DNA of 64,000 nt from an uncultured Acidobacteriaceae bacterium (lineage in GTDB: Bacteria; Acidobacteriota; Terriglobia; Terriglobales; Acidobacteriaceae), in assembly GCA_963778255.1 (NCBI GenBank), contig CAVZUP010000142.1:73938-137937 (forward strand), given 5' to 3'. Both the position numbers and the translations under genes were made by a program. Below the pieces are notes generated by a model. The model was not told where the DNA came from, searched no databases, and saw nothing but the letters and a program-made list of their open reading frames with translations. Of this stretch, positions 19,208-28,413 are shown in pieces. Numbering within the stretch: position 1 is the stretch's first letter; each line of letters begins with the position of its first letter.

Positions 19208-19307
19208 CGACCTGGGCCCGCAAGTCCTGTGCCATTAGGATAATACCAGCTAAAGGCCAATTCTGATGACGTCCGAAGGGGCTAATTTTTCGGTGAATTA
19301 CGGCGCA

Positions 19308-19901
19308 TCAGCGCACCCTTCGCGGATAGCGGAAACACTCGACCACGTGGTCGTTGACCATTCCGGTGGCCTGCATGAAGGCGTAGCAGATCGTGGAGCC
19401 GACGAAGTTGAAGCCGCGCTTCTTCAGGTCCTTGCTCATGGCGTCGGATTCCGGCGTGCTGGCGGGAAGCTTCTTTCCCAGCTGCCAGGCGTTGACTTTC
19501 GGTTTGCCTCCGACAAACTGCCAGATGTAGGCGTCGAACGATCCGAACTCCTCTTGTACCGCCAAGAATGCTTTGGCGTTCCGTATGGCCGAGGCCACTT
19601 TCAGCCGGTTGCGGATAATTCCTTCATCGCGCAGCAACTGCTGCGTCTTGCGCCGGTCGTAGCGAGCGATCTTCTTCGGGTCGAAGCCGTCAAAGGCCGC
19701 GCGATAATTTTCGCGCTTTCGCAGTATCGTGTCCCAGCTAAGGCCGGCTTGCGCGCCCTCCAGAATCAGGAACTCGAACAGGACGCGGTCGTCATGTTGC
19801 GGGACGCCCCATTCGCGGTCGTGATAGAGGATTGAGAGATCGTTGCTTGCCCACGCGCAGCGAATCAGCTTCGGCCGGTTGGACGCTCCACTCATTATCA
19901 T
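19308..19901 (-). CDS. tag: DNA-3-methyladenine glycosylase I
   Basis: RCAWA...YHDREWGVP...FEFLILEGAQAGLSW motifs. 4-nt overlap with the upstream AKR gene. Confidence 0.85.
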   Translation of the reverse strand: MIMSGASNRPKLIRCAWASNDLSILYHDREWGVPQHDDRVLFEFLILEGAQAGLSWDTILRKRENYRAAFDGFDPKKIARYDRRKTQQLLRDEGIIRNRLKVASAIRNAKAFLAVQEEFGSFDAYIWQFVGGKPKVNAWQLGKKLPASTPESDAMSKDLKKRGFNFVGSTICYAFMQATGMVNDHVVECFRYPRRVR

Positions 19902-20908
19902 TGCGCATCCCGTGTTGAGTCGGGTCCAGCGAGGATTCCGTCGATCTTGCTCAACTCCTCGGCTGAAAATTTCAGGTTTTTCAGTGCGGCCACGTTGTCG
20001 TTCACTTGCGACACCTTGCTTGCGCCGACGAGCGCGCTGGTAACTCGCGGATCGCGCAGCACCCAGGCTACCGCCATTTCCGCCAGGGATTGGCCGCGCT
20101 GGGCGGCGATTTCATTCAGCGCACGGATCTTGGTGAGCTTCTCTTTGCCGATGTCCTTTTTCTTCAGGAAGAAATCGCGAGCGGCGCGCGAGTCGCTGGG
20201 AATTCCGTTCAGATAACGATCCGACAGCAACCCCTGCGCCAGCGGGCTGAAGACGATCGAGCCCACGCCTTCTTGCCCGAGCACGTCGAGCAATCCCTGC
20301 TCGGGGTCGCGCACGAACATCGAATACTTCGGCTGATGAATCAGGCAGGGCGTTCCCAGGCCGCGCAGAATCTTCACTGCTTCTGCCGTCTGCTTGGCGT
20401 TGTAGGCCGAAATGCCCGCGTAGAGCGCGCGTCCCGATCGTACCGCTGTGTCGAGCGCGCCGAGCGATTCTTCCATCGGCGTTTCTGGATCGGGCCGGTG
20501 ATGGTAGAAAATGTCGACATATTCCAGCCCCATGCGCTTCAGACTTTGATCCAGGCTGGCCAGTATATATTTGCGGGAGCCAAAATCTCCGTAGGGTCCA
20601 GGCCACATGTCCCAGCCCGCTTTGGTCGAAATGATGAGCTCGTCGCGGTAGGGAAGGAAGTCTTTCTTCAGGATCTGGCCGAAGGTTTCTTCCGCCGACC
20701 CATACGGAGGTCCGTAATTGTTGGCGAGGTCGAAATGCGTGATGCCGAGATCGAAGGCGCGGCGCAACATGGCGCGCGCGTTTTCTAAGTGATCGACGCC
20801 GCCGAAGTTGTGCCACAGTCCGAGCGAAATGGCGGGAAGCTTGATGCCGCTGCGCCCGGAGCGGCGATATTGCATGGAGTCGTAACGCTTGTCATCGGCG
20901 ACGTACAT
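19898..20908 (-). CDS. aldo/keto reductase (YghZ / Kv-beta-like)
   Basis: GITHFDLANNYGPPYGSAEE...STKAGWDMW pattern. Confidence 0.85.
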   Translation of the reverse strand: MYVADDKRYDSMQYRRSGRSGIKLPAISLGLWHNFGGVDHLENARAMLRRAFDLGITHFDLANNYGPPYGSAEETFGQILKKDFLPYRDELIISTKAGWDMWPGPYGDFGSRKYILASLDQSLKRMGLEYVDIFYHHRPDPETPMEESLGALDTAVRSGRALYAGISAYNAKQTAEAVKILRGLGTPCLIHQPKYSMFVRDPEQGLLDVLGQEGVGSIVFSPLAQGLLSDRYLNGIPSDSRAARDFFLKKKDIGKEKLTKIRALNEIAAQRGQSLAEMAVAWVLRDPRVTSALVGASKVSQVNDNVAALKNLKFSAEELSKIDGILAGPDSTRDAQ

Positions 20909-21013
20909 GGTGGGTTCTCCTTACGTCTGAAAGCGCAATCATAAACTACAATCTCCGTCATGATTGAAGGCAAGGCCTGATACGAACCTGTTTGCTCTGC
21001 GAGATCTCTCCCC

Positions 21014-22201
21014 ATGACTACGCCCGAGCTTCCGCCGCCTCCCGCATCCACTGCTCGGCTGCCGAGAGAGAATGAATTTGAGCTCTTGCGCTCGTTGTGT
21101 GGGGTGGAGCTGTCTCCGGAGCGGATTGTCCGCATCGCGAATTGGGATCCCTCGGTGCTTGACTGGGGCAATCTTCTTCGCATGGCTGAGCGGCACGGAG
21201 TTGTTCCGCTCGTGGCCCGCAACCTGATCGAACACGCTCGCGGATTGCCAGCGGAAGTCGAGCGCGCATTGCGGTCTGCGTATGAAATGAACCTGCGGCG
21301 CAGCTTGTGGTTCAGCGCCGAAGTGGCTCGGATCATGCAGCACTTCGAACGCAGGCAGTTGCAGGCAATCCCGTATAAAGGACCGGTGCTGGCGCATTTG
21401 CTTTATCGTGACTTGGGCGTGCGCAGCTTTTCGGATCTCGATTTTCTGATTTCTCCCGTGGACTTTGAGCGTGCGAAGCAGGCTCTCGCCGAAATCGGAT
21501 ACCGTCCGGCGGCGGAACTTACTTCGGCCGTTGAACGGTTGTGGCTGCGGACGGGCTATGAGCGTTCATTTGACGGTGCAGCCGGAGAGAACCTGGTCGA
21601 ACTGCAGTGGGCGTTGTTGCCGTATTTCTATGGGGTCGATCTGCGTGTGGAGGATCTGGTTGCGCGAGCCAGCCGTGCCGTCGTGGGCGAGCACGAGGCG
21701 CCTTGCCTGTCTCCGGAAGATTCGCTGTTGGTGCTATGCCTGCACGCCGCGAAGCACCTTTGGACGCGGCTGATCTGGCTCTGTGACATTGCGGAGACGC
21801 TTCAGACGCAAAACATCGACTACGCGCTACTGTTCTCCCGGGCACGCGATTTGGGGATCGCTCGCATTCTCGGCGTGAGTTTCTGGTTGGCGAAGAATGT
21901 GCTTCATGCGGAGCTCCCGAAACCCGTGGAGGAAATGGTGGCTGCCGATCCTCAAGTCGTTGTTCTCGGCAGCGAATTCGCTGGACGTCTCGCTCGCGGT
22001 GCGGCCTATGATTTCGAATCTACCGAATATTTTCGCTTGATCATGAAATTGCGTGAGCGACGGGGCGACCGCTGGCGATACCTCTGGCGTTTGGTCTGGA
22101 CGCCAAGCGCGGGGGATCTTGCGGCCGTAAGGCTGCCGGAAGCGTTGTTTCCGCTTTACAGGGTTGTTCGGATGGGCCGATTGATGGGAAAGCTTTGCTA
22201 A
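21014..22201 (+). CDS. uncharacterised nucleotidyltransferase family protein (NTP_transf_5-like)
   Basis: FSDLDFLISP...LELQWALLP...LHAAKHLWTRLIWLCDI pattern, recalled from PF14907-type proteins. Confidence 0.6.
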   Translation: MTTPELPPPPASTARLPRENEFELLRSLCGVELSPERIVRIANWDPSVLDWGNLLRMAERHGVVPLVARNLIEHARGLPAEVERALRSAYEMNLRRSLWFSAEVARIMQHFERRQLQAIPYKGPVLAHLLYRDLGVRSFSDLDFLISPVDFERAKQALAEIGYRPAAELTSAVERLWLRTGYERSFDGAAGENLVELQWALLPYFYGVDLRVEDLVARASRAVVGEHEAPCLSPEDSLLVLCLHAAKHLWTRLIWLCDIAETLQTQNIDYALLFSRARDLGIARILGVSFWLAKNVLHAELPKPVEEMVAADPQVVVLGSEFAGRLARGAAYDFESTEYFRLIMKLRERRGDRWRYLWRLVWTPSAGDLAAVRLPEALFPLYRVVRMGRLMGKLC

Positions 22202-22216
22202 GAGCGGATAGCTGGT

Positions 22217-24451
22217 TTAATGCAACTCGCCGTCGCCGGGCGCTACATCTGGAGTGTCGACTTTTCGTGCTACGGATGAGTTCCCTTGATCCGGCGCGGG
22301 CTGAAATTCGCCGGGATCTTTTGCGGCTAATGCTGTGTTCATGAACTGCATCCAGATGGGCAGCGCGGCGCGGGCTCCCGTTTCTTTCTCGCCTAGCGAT
22401 TTCTTTTCGTCGTAACCGATCCAGACGCCGCAAGTCAGGGACGGAGAGAAACCCACGAACCATGCGTCGGTGAAATCGTTGGTCGTGCCCGTTTTCCCCG
22501 CCAGCGGATACGGCATCTTGGCCGCGGCAACGGCGGTGCCGTGGAGCACGACCTCACGCAGCATCGCGGTCATGATTCGCGCGGTGCGCTCACTTACAAC
22601 GTCTTTGATGTCGGAATAATCTTCTTCCATAATGCGGCCTTCGTAGTCGGTCACCTTGGTGATGTAGCGCGGGGCGACGCGCACGCCGTCGTTCGGAAAC
22701 ACGCTGAAGGCGGAGGTCTGCTCCAGCGGCGTGATTTCCGCCGAGCCCAGCGCCACCGGAAGATAGGCGGGAATGTTCGACGTAATGCCGAAACGGTGCG
22801 CGTAGTCGATCACCGTCTTAATGCCGACTCGGTCGGCCAGCTTGAGCGCGGGAATATTTCTCGACTGGGCAAGGGCGCGCCGCAGCGTAATCGTGCCTTC
22901 AAACTTGGCATCGTAGTTGTGGGGCGAGTAAGGTCCGGAAACAGTTTGAAAGGTTATGGGCGCATCCAGAATGGTGTCGTCGGGACTGCCTCCCTGGTCG
23001 ATCACCGCGGTGTAGACGTAGGGTTTGAACGACGACCCGACCTGACGCAGGGCCTGCGTGGCGCGGTTGAACTTGGAGAGATTGAAGTCGCGTCCGCCAA
23101 TCATGGCCTTGATTTCTCCGGTCGAGTTGTCGATGGCTACGAGCGCTCCTTCGGCGCCTGAATCCTGCTCCAGGCTGACGTGGGCTTTTCCGCCGGCTTC
23201 GAGGGCCAGCACTTTGACGTAAACGATGTCACCGGCGTGGAGAATGTCGGGAAGCTTGAGTTTCGTCTTCAGCCATGCCATGTCAGACTGCGCGAGTGTG
23301 GCTGTGTGCTGGCCGAAGCGAATCTCCGCGGCGGCCGGCGAGACTTGCGTGACCAGCGCGTGCATGTAGCCGTTGACTTCGGGCTCATCATCCCAATCCG
23401 GATCCACATACTTGTCGAGCGTTTGACCCGGGGCAACTACATTCGGAAGCTTGCCGTGCCAGCCATGACGGCGTTCGTAGGCGGCCAGGCCGTCGAGGAG
23501 CGCGCGACGTGCTGACTTCTGCAGATCCATATCGAGCGACGTGTATACGCGAAGTCCGCCTTCGTGGACCTGATCGCTGCCATATTTCGCTTCAAGGTAG
23601 CGGCGGATTTCCTCGACATAGTGCGGGGCCAGCGAATTCGGATCTTTCTGCAAGTTCAGCACGATCGGCGCGCTCTTGGCATCCGCGGCCTGGGCTGCTG
23701 TGATCTTGCCATCCTCAAGCATGGCGTTGAGCACCAGGTTGCGGCGCTTGAGGGCGCGGTCCGGGTGGTTGATGGGCGAGTAATACTGCGGTGCTTTCGG
23801 AAGTCCGGCGAGCAGCGCAGCTTCTTCCAGGGTCAATTTCTTCGCGGGTTTGCTGAAATAGTATTCCGAGGCGGCCTCATAGCCGTAGGCGCCGTGGCCG
23901 AGGAAGATCTGGTTGGCGTAGAGCGTGAAAATTTGCGGCTTGGTGAAGCGGCGCTCGATCTGGATGGCGAGCAGCGACTCCTGCACCTTGCGGTAAAACG
24001 AGCGGTCGGGAGAAAGAAACAGATTGCGGGCGAGCTGCATGGTGAGCGTGGAAGCGCCTTGCACTTTTCCGCCCGACTCAATATCGCGATACGCGGCGCC
24101 GACGATGCGCCAGATGTTGATGCCGGAGTGGCGGTAGAAATCTTTGTCTTCGATCGAGACCAGCGCATTGCGAAGAACCTCAGGATAGTCGTCATAGGTG
24201 GCGATGACGCGGCGCTGGAGCGCAAACGTGCCGATGACTCTGCCTTGTCCATCGTAGAGTTCAGTCACGGAACTGGGACGGTAACGTTCCAGCTCAGCGA
24301 CTTGCGGCAGGTCGGTCGAGTAGACCAGCAGGAGTCCGGAAGCCGCGCCCACCACGGCGGAGAGCAGGACGAGCAGTCCGAAGACGACGAGTCCGACCAA
24401 TCTTCGTCCGCCTACTTCGATCGCCGGAAGATGTTCGAAGGCAGGTTTCAA
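22217..24451 (-). CDS. mrcA: class A penicillin-binding protein (PBP1A; glycosyltransferase plus transpeptidase)
   Basis: EDKDFYRHSGI, GASTLTMQLARN (GT51), SSFKP and KTGTT (transpeptidase). TTG start lies inside a repeat unit. Confidence 0.9.
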   Translation of the reverse strand: MKPAFEHLPAIEVGGRRLVGLVVFGLLVLLSAVVGAASGLLLVYSTDLPQVAELERYRPSSVTELYDGQGRVIGTFALQRRVIATYDDYPEVLRNALVSIEDKDFYRHSGINIWRIVGAAYRDIESGGKVQGASTLTMQLARNLFLSPDRSFYRKVQESLLAIQIERRFTKPQIFTLYANQIFLGHGAYGYEAASEYYFSKPAKKLTLEEAALLAGLPKAPQYYSPINHPDRALKRRNLVLNAMLEDGKITAAQAADAKSAPIVLNLQKDPNSLAPHYVEEIRRYLEAKYGSDQVHEGGLRVYTSLDMDLQKSARRALLDGLAAYERRHGWHGKLPNVVAPGQTLDKYVDPDWDDEPEVNGYMHALVTQVSPAAAEIRFGQHTATLAQSDMAWLKTKLKLPDILHAGDIVYVKVLALEAGGKAHVSLEQDSGAEGALVAIDNSTGEIKAMIGGRDFNLSKFNRATQALRQVGSSFKPYVYTAVIDQGGSPDDTILDAPITFQTVSGPYSPHNYDAKFEGTITLRRALAQSRNIPALKLADRVGIKTVIDYAHRFGITSNIPAYLPVALGSAEITPLEQTSAFSVFPNDGVRVAPRYITKVTDYEGRIMEEDYSDIKDVVSERTARIMTAMLREVVLHGTAVAAAKMPYPLAGKTGTTNDFTDAWFVGFSPSLTCGVWIGYDEKKSLGEKETGARAALPIWMQFMNTALAAKDPGEFQPAPDQGNSSVARKVDTPDVAPGDGELH

Positions 24452-24681
24452 GGTTTCAGAGTTTCAACGTTTCAATGTTAAACCAACGGCCAGGTTTCAA
24501 GGTTCTTTCGTCAAGTGGCGGAATCAGCGGAGACGTTAAGTTTTCCGATGGTGCAGGCAAGCGGGTCCTTCGCTTTGCTCAGGATGACAAAATACTTGGG
24601 CGACGCGTAGGCCTCCCAGGCAAAAAAATCGCCCGCCTAGGCGGGCGATTGAAAACTCTGAAACCTCAAAACTCTGAAGCC
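24443..24681. repeat. composite spacer with inverted GTTTCAAGG arrays at both ends
   Basis: GTTTCAAGG arrays at 24443..24506 and, inverted, at 24649..24681. They flank a GGTCCTTCGC..CAGGATGACA motif at 24563..24589. Confidence 0.65.
24621..24649 (-). terminator. intrinsic terminator after the S41 protease gene
   Basis: Perfect 20-nt palindrome tcgcccgcctaggcgggcga, followed on the minus strand by T7. Confidence 0.7.
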
Positions 24682-25908
24682 TTATCCTTTTGCGTCGCGG
24701 TGCTTCAGCACTTCAATGGCTTTGTTCAACTGATCGTCCTGCTGGCTCTTTGGCTTTACATCCTTTTTCTCTTCGGGAGCCGCGGGCTGTTCTTCGTCGG
24801 GTAATCCGACGTCTTCTTCGGCAGTGTCGGCTACCAGGATGTTTGGGGTCACAGCGGCATCCTGAATCGCTTTTCCATCCGGCGAGTAATACTTCGCGAC
24901 CGAGAGAATCAGGGCGGAATTGTCGGGCATCTCGATCAGTTTTTGCACCGAGCCGTCGCCGAAGGTTTTGTCTCCGACCACGTCGCCGCGCGCGTTTTCA
25001 AGGATGGCGGCAGCTACAACTTCGGCTGGGCCGGCCGTGCCGCGATTCACCAGCACCGCCACCGGGAGCTTGGTAATGTCTTTGGCGGGATCGGCGTTGA
25101 AGGCCTGCTTCGGATATTTCTGCCCCTGCAAATAGGTGATGGTGCCATGGTCGAGGAAAAGATTGGCGGTGGCCACGCCCTCAGACTCCGCGCCGCTGGC
25201 GGAGTTGCGCAGATCGAGAACGAGTTTCTTGGCTCCCTGCCGCTGCAGATCGCGAATCTTGCCAGCGATCTCCTGCGACTTGCCTTCGGGGAAGGCGTCC
25301 ACCTGGATGTAGCCGACGTTGTCGGCGAGCATCTTCTCGCTAACCGGCGGAATGGTCACAACGTCGCGCGTGATCACAATTTTTTGCGGCTCGGCGCGTC
25401 GTGGCCGCACTACCGCTACGGTGATGGTGGAACCGACCTCGCCGGCCATCATGCTTTTGATTTCAGCCAACGACATGTCGTGTGTGCTTTTGCCTTCGAT
25501 CGATTCGATAATATCGGTGTTTTCCACTCCGGCTTTTTCCGCCGGGCCTCCCGGAATGATCGCGACCACGGCGGCGTAGCCGAAGCGCTTGGAGACGGTG
25601 GCTCCGATGTCGGCTTTGCCGTTGCCCTTCGTCGCTTTGTAGCGCTTGTACTCGTCCGCTGAGAGGTAGCTGGAATTGGCGTCGAGCGATTCGAGCAGGC
25701 CGTGCAGCGCGCCGTCGGTAACGCCGGCGATATTCGGCTCCTCAACGTACTCGAGGCGGATGCGCGACAACACTTCGCTGTAGACCGAGAGCTGGCGATA
25801 CGCGCCGTCGTTGGAAGAAGCGCGCACGTTGACGAATCCGCCAACGATGGTGAACAGCAAAAGGGCCAGCGAGCTGGCAATGACGGTGACCTTCAACTTC
25901 GTCGACAT
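24682..25908 (-). CDS. S41 family C-terminal processing peptidase with PDZ domain
   Basis: TM anchor, PDZ-like segment, NRGTAGPAEVVAAA and ...KTFGDGSVQ motifs. ATG at 25908 chosen. Confidence 0.85.
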   Translation of the reverse strand: MSTKLKVTVIASSLALLLFTIVGGFVNVRASSNDGAYRQLSVYSEVLSRIRLEYVEEPNIAGVTDGALHGLLESLDANSSYLSADEYKRYKATKGNGKADIGATVSKRFGYAAVVAIIPGGPAEKAGVENTDIIESIEGKSTHDMSLAEIKSMMAGEVGSTITVAVVRPRRAEPQKIVITRDVVTIPPVSEKMLADNVGYIQVDAFPEGKSQEIAGKIRDLQRQGAKKLVLDLRNSASGAESEGVATANLFLDHGTITYLQGQKYPKQAFNADPAKDITKLPVAVLVNRGTAGPAEVVAAAILENARGDVVGDKTFGDGSVQKLIEMPDNSALILSVAKYYSPDGKAIQDAAVTPNILVADTAEEDVGLPDEEQPAAPEEKKDVKPKSQQDDQLNKAIEVLKHRDAKG

Positions 25909-26156
25909 AATTTGATCTTCTATTCTCGAATGCTCTTTGGAGCGGGAATTCCCGAGGAACTGCTGCCTCATTATACGGTTTGATGCATGGATCGGAAAGC
26001 AAGATTGCGGGGGCTAAGACTGGGGTAACTTGGGAACAAAGTTCGGACGCTCTAGCGGGCGTTGTTTACGGGATAGTACTCCAAGGATATCGGACGCAGC
26101 CCAATCGAATCATAGATTTGCGGTGAAGCTCGGTGAAAATGTGAGTGCGCTCGCAG

Positions 26157-26819
26157 CTACTTTTCCAGTAGAGCCACGAGTTCCTCGTGGCCTTTTTCCC
26201 TGGCGACCATGGCTGGGGTCTTGCCTTCGTCGTTGGTTAGTTTGGGATCGGCTTGGTGTTTTAGCAAGAGTTCGACCATGGGGCGATCTCCGTTGCTGGC
26301 GGCGGCGTGGACCGGAACCCAGCCTCCGTGCTGACGGGCGTTCACGGGGGCTCCGTGTGTGAGCAGAAGGCGAGCAGCTTCGAGGTTACGGGCGGAGGCG
26401 GCGGAGTGCAGGGGCATGACCTGCATAGGGTTGGCGGACACGGCGTCGGCTGCGGCTCCGCTTGCGAGCAGGAGGCGGGCGGCTTCGGGCTGTCCGAAGA
26501 AACAGGCGAAGTGCAGGGCGGTGAAGCCATCGCCTGAGACAGAGTTGACGGCGGAAGGCTCGTGGAGGCACTGCTTGAGGCGGTCGAGGTGTCCGAGGGC
26601 GGTGGCTTCGAAAATGTCGAGATTTTTCTTGCTCGCCAACAGTTCGGCCAGGTCGCGGCGGCCACGATAGAGGGAGTGCATGAGCAGGCTTACGCCGCTT
26701 GCGTCGCGGGACTCGGCAGCGGCGGGGTCTTGTTCGAGGAGGAGCCGGAGCGCTTCGGCATCGCCTGTCTGGATGAGTTCAAGGCATTTCGTGAAGCCAC
26801 GCTGGGAGCCTTCAGTCAT
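26157..26819 (-). CDS. ankyrin repeat protein
   Basis: Repeated G.T.LH.A...G....LLL..GA motifs. Confidence 0.8.
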   Translation of the reverse strand: MTEGSQRGFTKCLELIQTGDAEALRLLLEQDPAAAESRDASGVSLLMHSLYRGRRDLAELLASKKNLDIFEATALGHLDRLKQCLHEPSAVNSVSGDGFTALHFACFFGQPEAARLLLASGAAADAVSANPMQVMPLHSAASARNLEAARLLLTHGAPVNARQHGGWVPVHAAASNGDRPMVELLLKHQADPKLTNDEGKTPAMVAREKGHEELVALLEK

Positions 26820-26838
26820 ATGCGTTCCTCTTGATTAA

Positions 26839-26903
26839 TTAGCACTGCTAACGAATTATAGAATCGGCGCTTCGTTTGTCAAGAAAAATGTTAGCTATGC
26901 TAA
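26839..26903. promoter_or_regulatory. two TTAGC-N3-GCTAA palindromes (candidate MarR operator) in the divergent ankyrin/MarR spacer
   Basis: ttagcactgctaa at 26839..26851 and ttagctatgctaa at 26891..26903, with centres 52 bp apart. Confidence 0.45.
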
Positions 26904-27380
26904 GTGTTCGCAATGCTAAGCTGGTGCCGTATGCGTTCAAAAGAGTCATTCCGGTTGGAAGTAGCAGATCGGCTGCACTCGGCAGCCATCCATCTTCTGC
27001 GCCATGCTGCCAAACAGGACGTCCTTGCGCGCGTGGGTCCGGCGCGGCTGTCGGCGCTTTCTGTTCTTGTGTTTGGCGGTCCCATGGCGCTGGGACAACT
27101 GGCGGCGGCCGAGCAAGTGAAGGCTCCGACGATGAGCCGCATTGTGGCGGGATTGAAGCGTTCAGGGCTGGCCAGGATTGAGACCGACGCGAAGGATGGC
27201 CGGCGGATTCGCGTGACGGTTACGGTAAAAGGTGAACGATTGCTGCAGCAGGCTCGGGTGCGGAGGATCCGGTTTTTGGCGGAGACGCTGGGCGGGCTGC
27301 GGGACGCGGAGATGGATACCCTGCATGAGGCGGCTGAGCTGATGGAACGTGCGGTGAGGCAGGCTAGCGGAAGGAAGTGA
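26904..27380 (+). CDS. MarR family transcriptional regulator
   Basis: wHTH segment LGQLAAAEQVKAPTMSRIVAGLKRSGLARIETDAKDGRRIRVTVT. Start could be 26904, 26913 or 26931. Confidence 0.8.
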   Translation: MFAMLSWCRMRSKESFRLEVADRLHSAAIHLLRHAAKQDVLARVGPARLSALSVLVFGGPMALGQLAAAEQVKAPTMSRIVAGLKRSGLARIETDAKDGRRIRVTVTVKGERLLQQARVRRIRFLAETLGGLRDAEMDTLHEAAELMERAVRQASGRK

Positions 27381-27446
27381 ATTGTGCGCGGCCGAACTTG
27401 GCTTGGATTGGACAGACCAGCGCGTGTTACCCCTTACGCGAAGTGG

Positions 27447-27464
27447 GACGGGCGAGGACGCCCG
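27447..27464. repeat. GC hairpin ACGGGCG-agga-CGCCCGT followed by agCTCCAC
   Basis: Lies between the convergent MarR and FAH genes. Same design as 63824..63850. Confidence 0.55.
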
Positions 27465-27484
27465 TAGCTCCACGTGCCGGTTGC

Positions 27485-28300
27485 CTACGGCTGGTCGGCT
27501 ACTTGGTTGCGCAACTGGGCGATATTTTCAATCGAAACTTCGATCACGTCTCCGGTAACTACCGGTCCTACTCCTTCGGGCGTGCCGGTGGCGATCAGAT
27601 CGCCGGGTTCGAGGGTCATGATTCGCGAAATGTAACGGATGATTACGTCGAGCGGAAAGATGAAATCGCGCGTGTTGCCGGACTGGCGGACTTCTCCGTT
27701 GACGCGGGTTTCGACCTGAATGCCTGCCCATGGATCGATGGCGATGCCGTCGGCGACCACGGGCCCGACTGGGCAAAAGGTATCGAAGCCCTTGGCGCGA
27801 GCCCACTGGTCGTCTTTTTTCTGTAGATCGCGGGCGGTGAAATCGTTGACGCAGGTGTAGCCGAGGATGTAAGGGCGCACGTCTTCTCCGTCGTCTAACT
27901 GGTGGCAGCGGCGGGCGATGACAACTCCCAATTCGCCTTCGTAGTCGGTGCGTTCGGAGACCTTGGGCCGCAGAATTGTTCCTCCTGGCGGCAGCAGGGA
28001 AGAAGGCGGCTTGAAAAATAAGAGCGGCTCCTGCGGAACTTCGTGGCCGAGTTCGGCGGCGTGCGCTCGATAGTTGCGGCCGACACAGACGATCTTCGTA
28101 GGCTCAACGGGCGGCAGCAGAGATGCCTGCGCCAGCGGGATACGATCCATGCGGCGGCTGGGCAGACCTTCGACGTCGCCATCGCTGGTGTGCGGAGGCT
28201 GGAGGAGCAGACGGGTGATTTCGTCTTCGTTACTGCTATCGGCTGGCTCTACCAGACCGTAGTGGGCGGAACCGTTGAGTTGGAATCGGCAGTATTTCAT
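27485..28300 (-). CDS. fumarylacetoacetate hydrolase family protein
   Basis: GRNYRAHAAELG...YEGELGVVI...DFTARDLQ motifs. Confidence 0.85.
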   Translation of the reverse strand: MKYCRFQLNGSAHYGLVEPADSSNEDEITRLLLQPPHTSDGDVEGLPSRRMDRIPLAQASLLPPVEPTKIVCVGRNYRAHAAELGHEVPQEPLLFFKPPSSLLPPGGTILRPKVSERTDYEGELGVVIARRCHQLDDGEDVRPYILGYTCVNDFTARDLQKKDDQWARAKGFDTFCPVGPVVADGIAIDPWAGIQVETRVNGEVRQSGNTRDFIFPLDVIIRYISRIMTLEPGDLIATGTPEGVGPVVTGDVIEVSIENIAQLRNQVADQP

Positions 28301-28413
28301 CGGAGATTATTCAAACACAATTGCGCGGGGAGATGGCTAACAATTTGGAGAGTGTACTTGGCGTCGGCGAAAATCTTTACCACAGGGGACACAGAGGACT
28401 TCTTGTTTATCCG

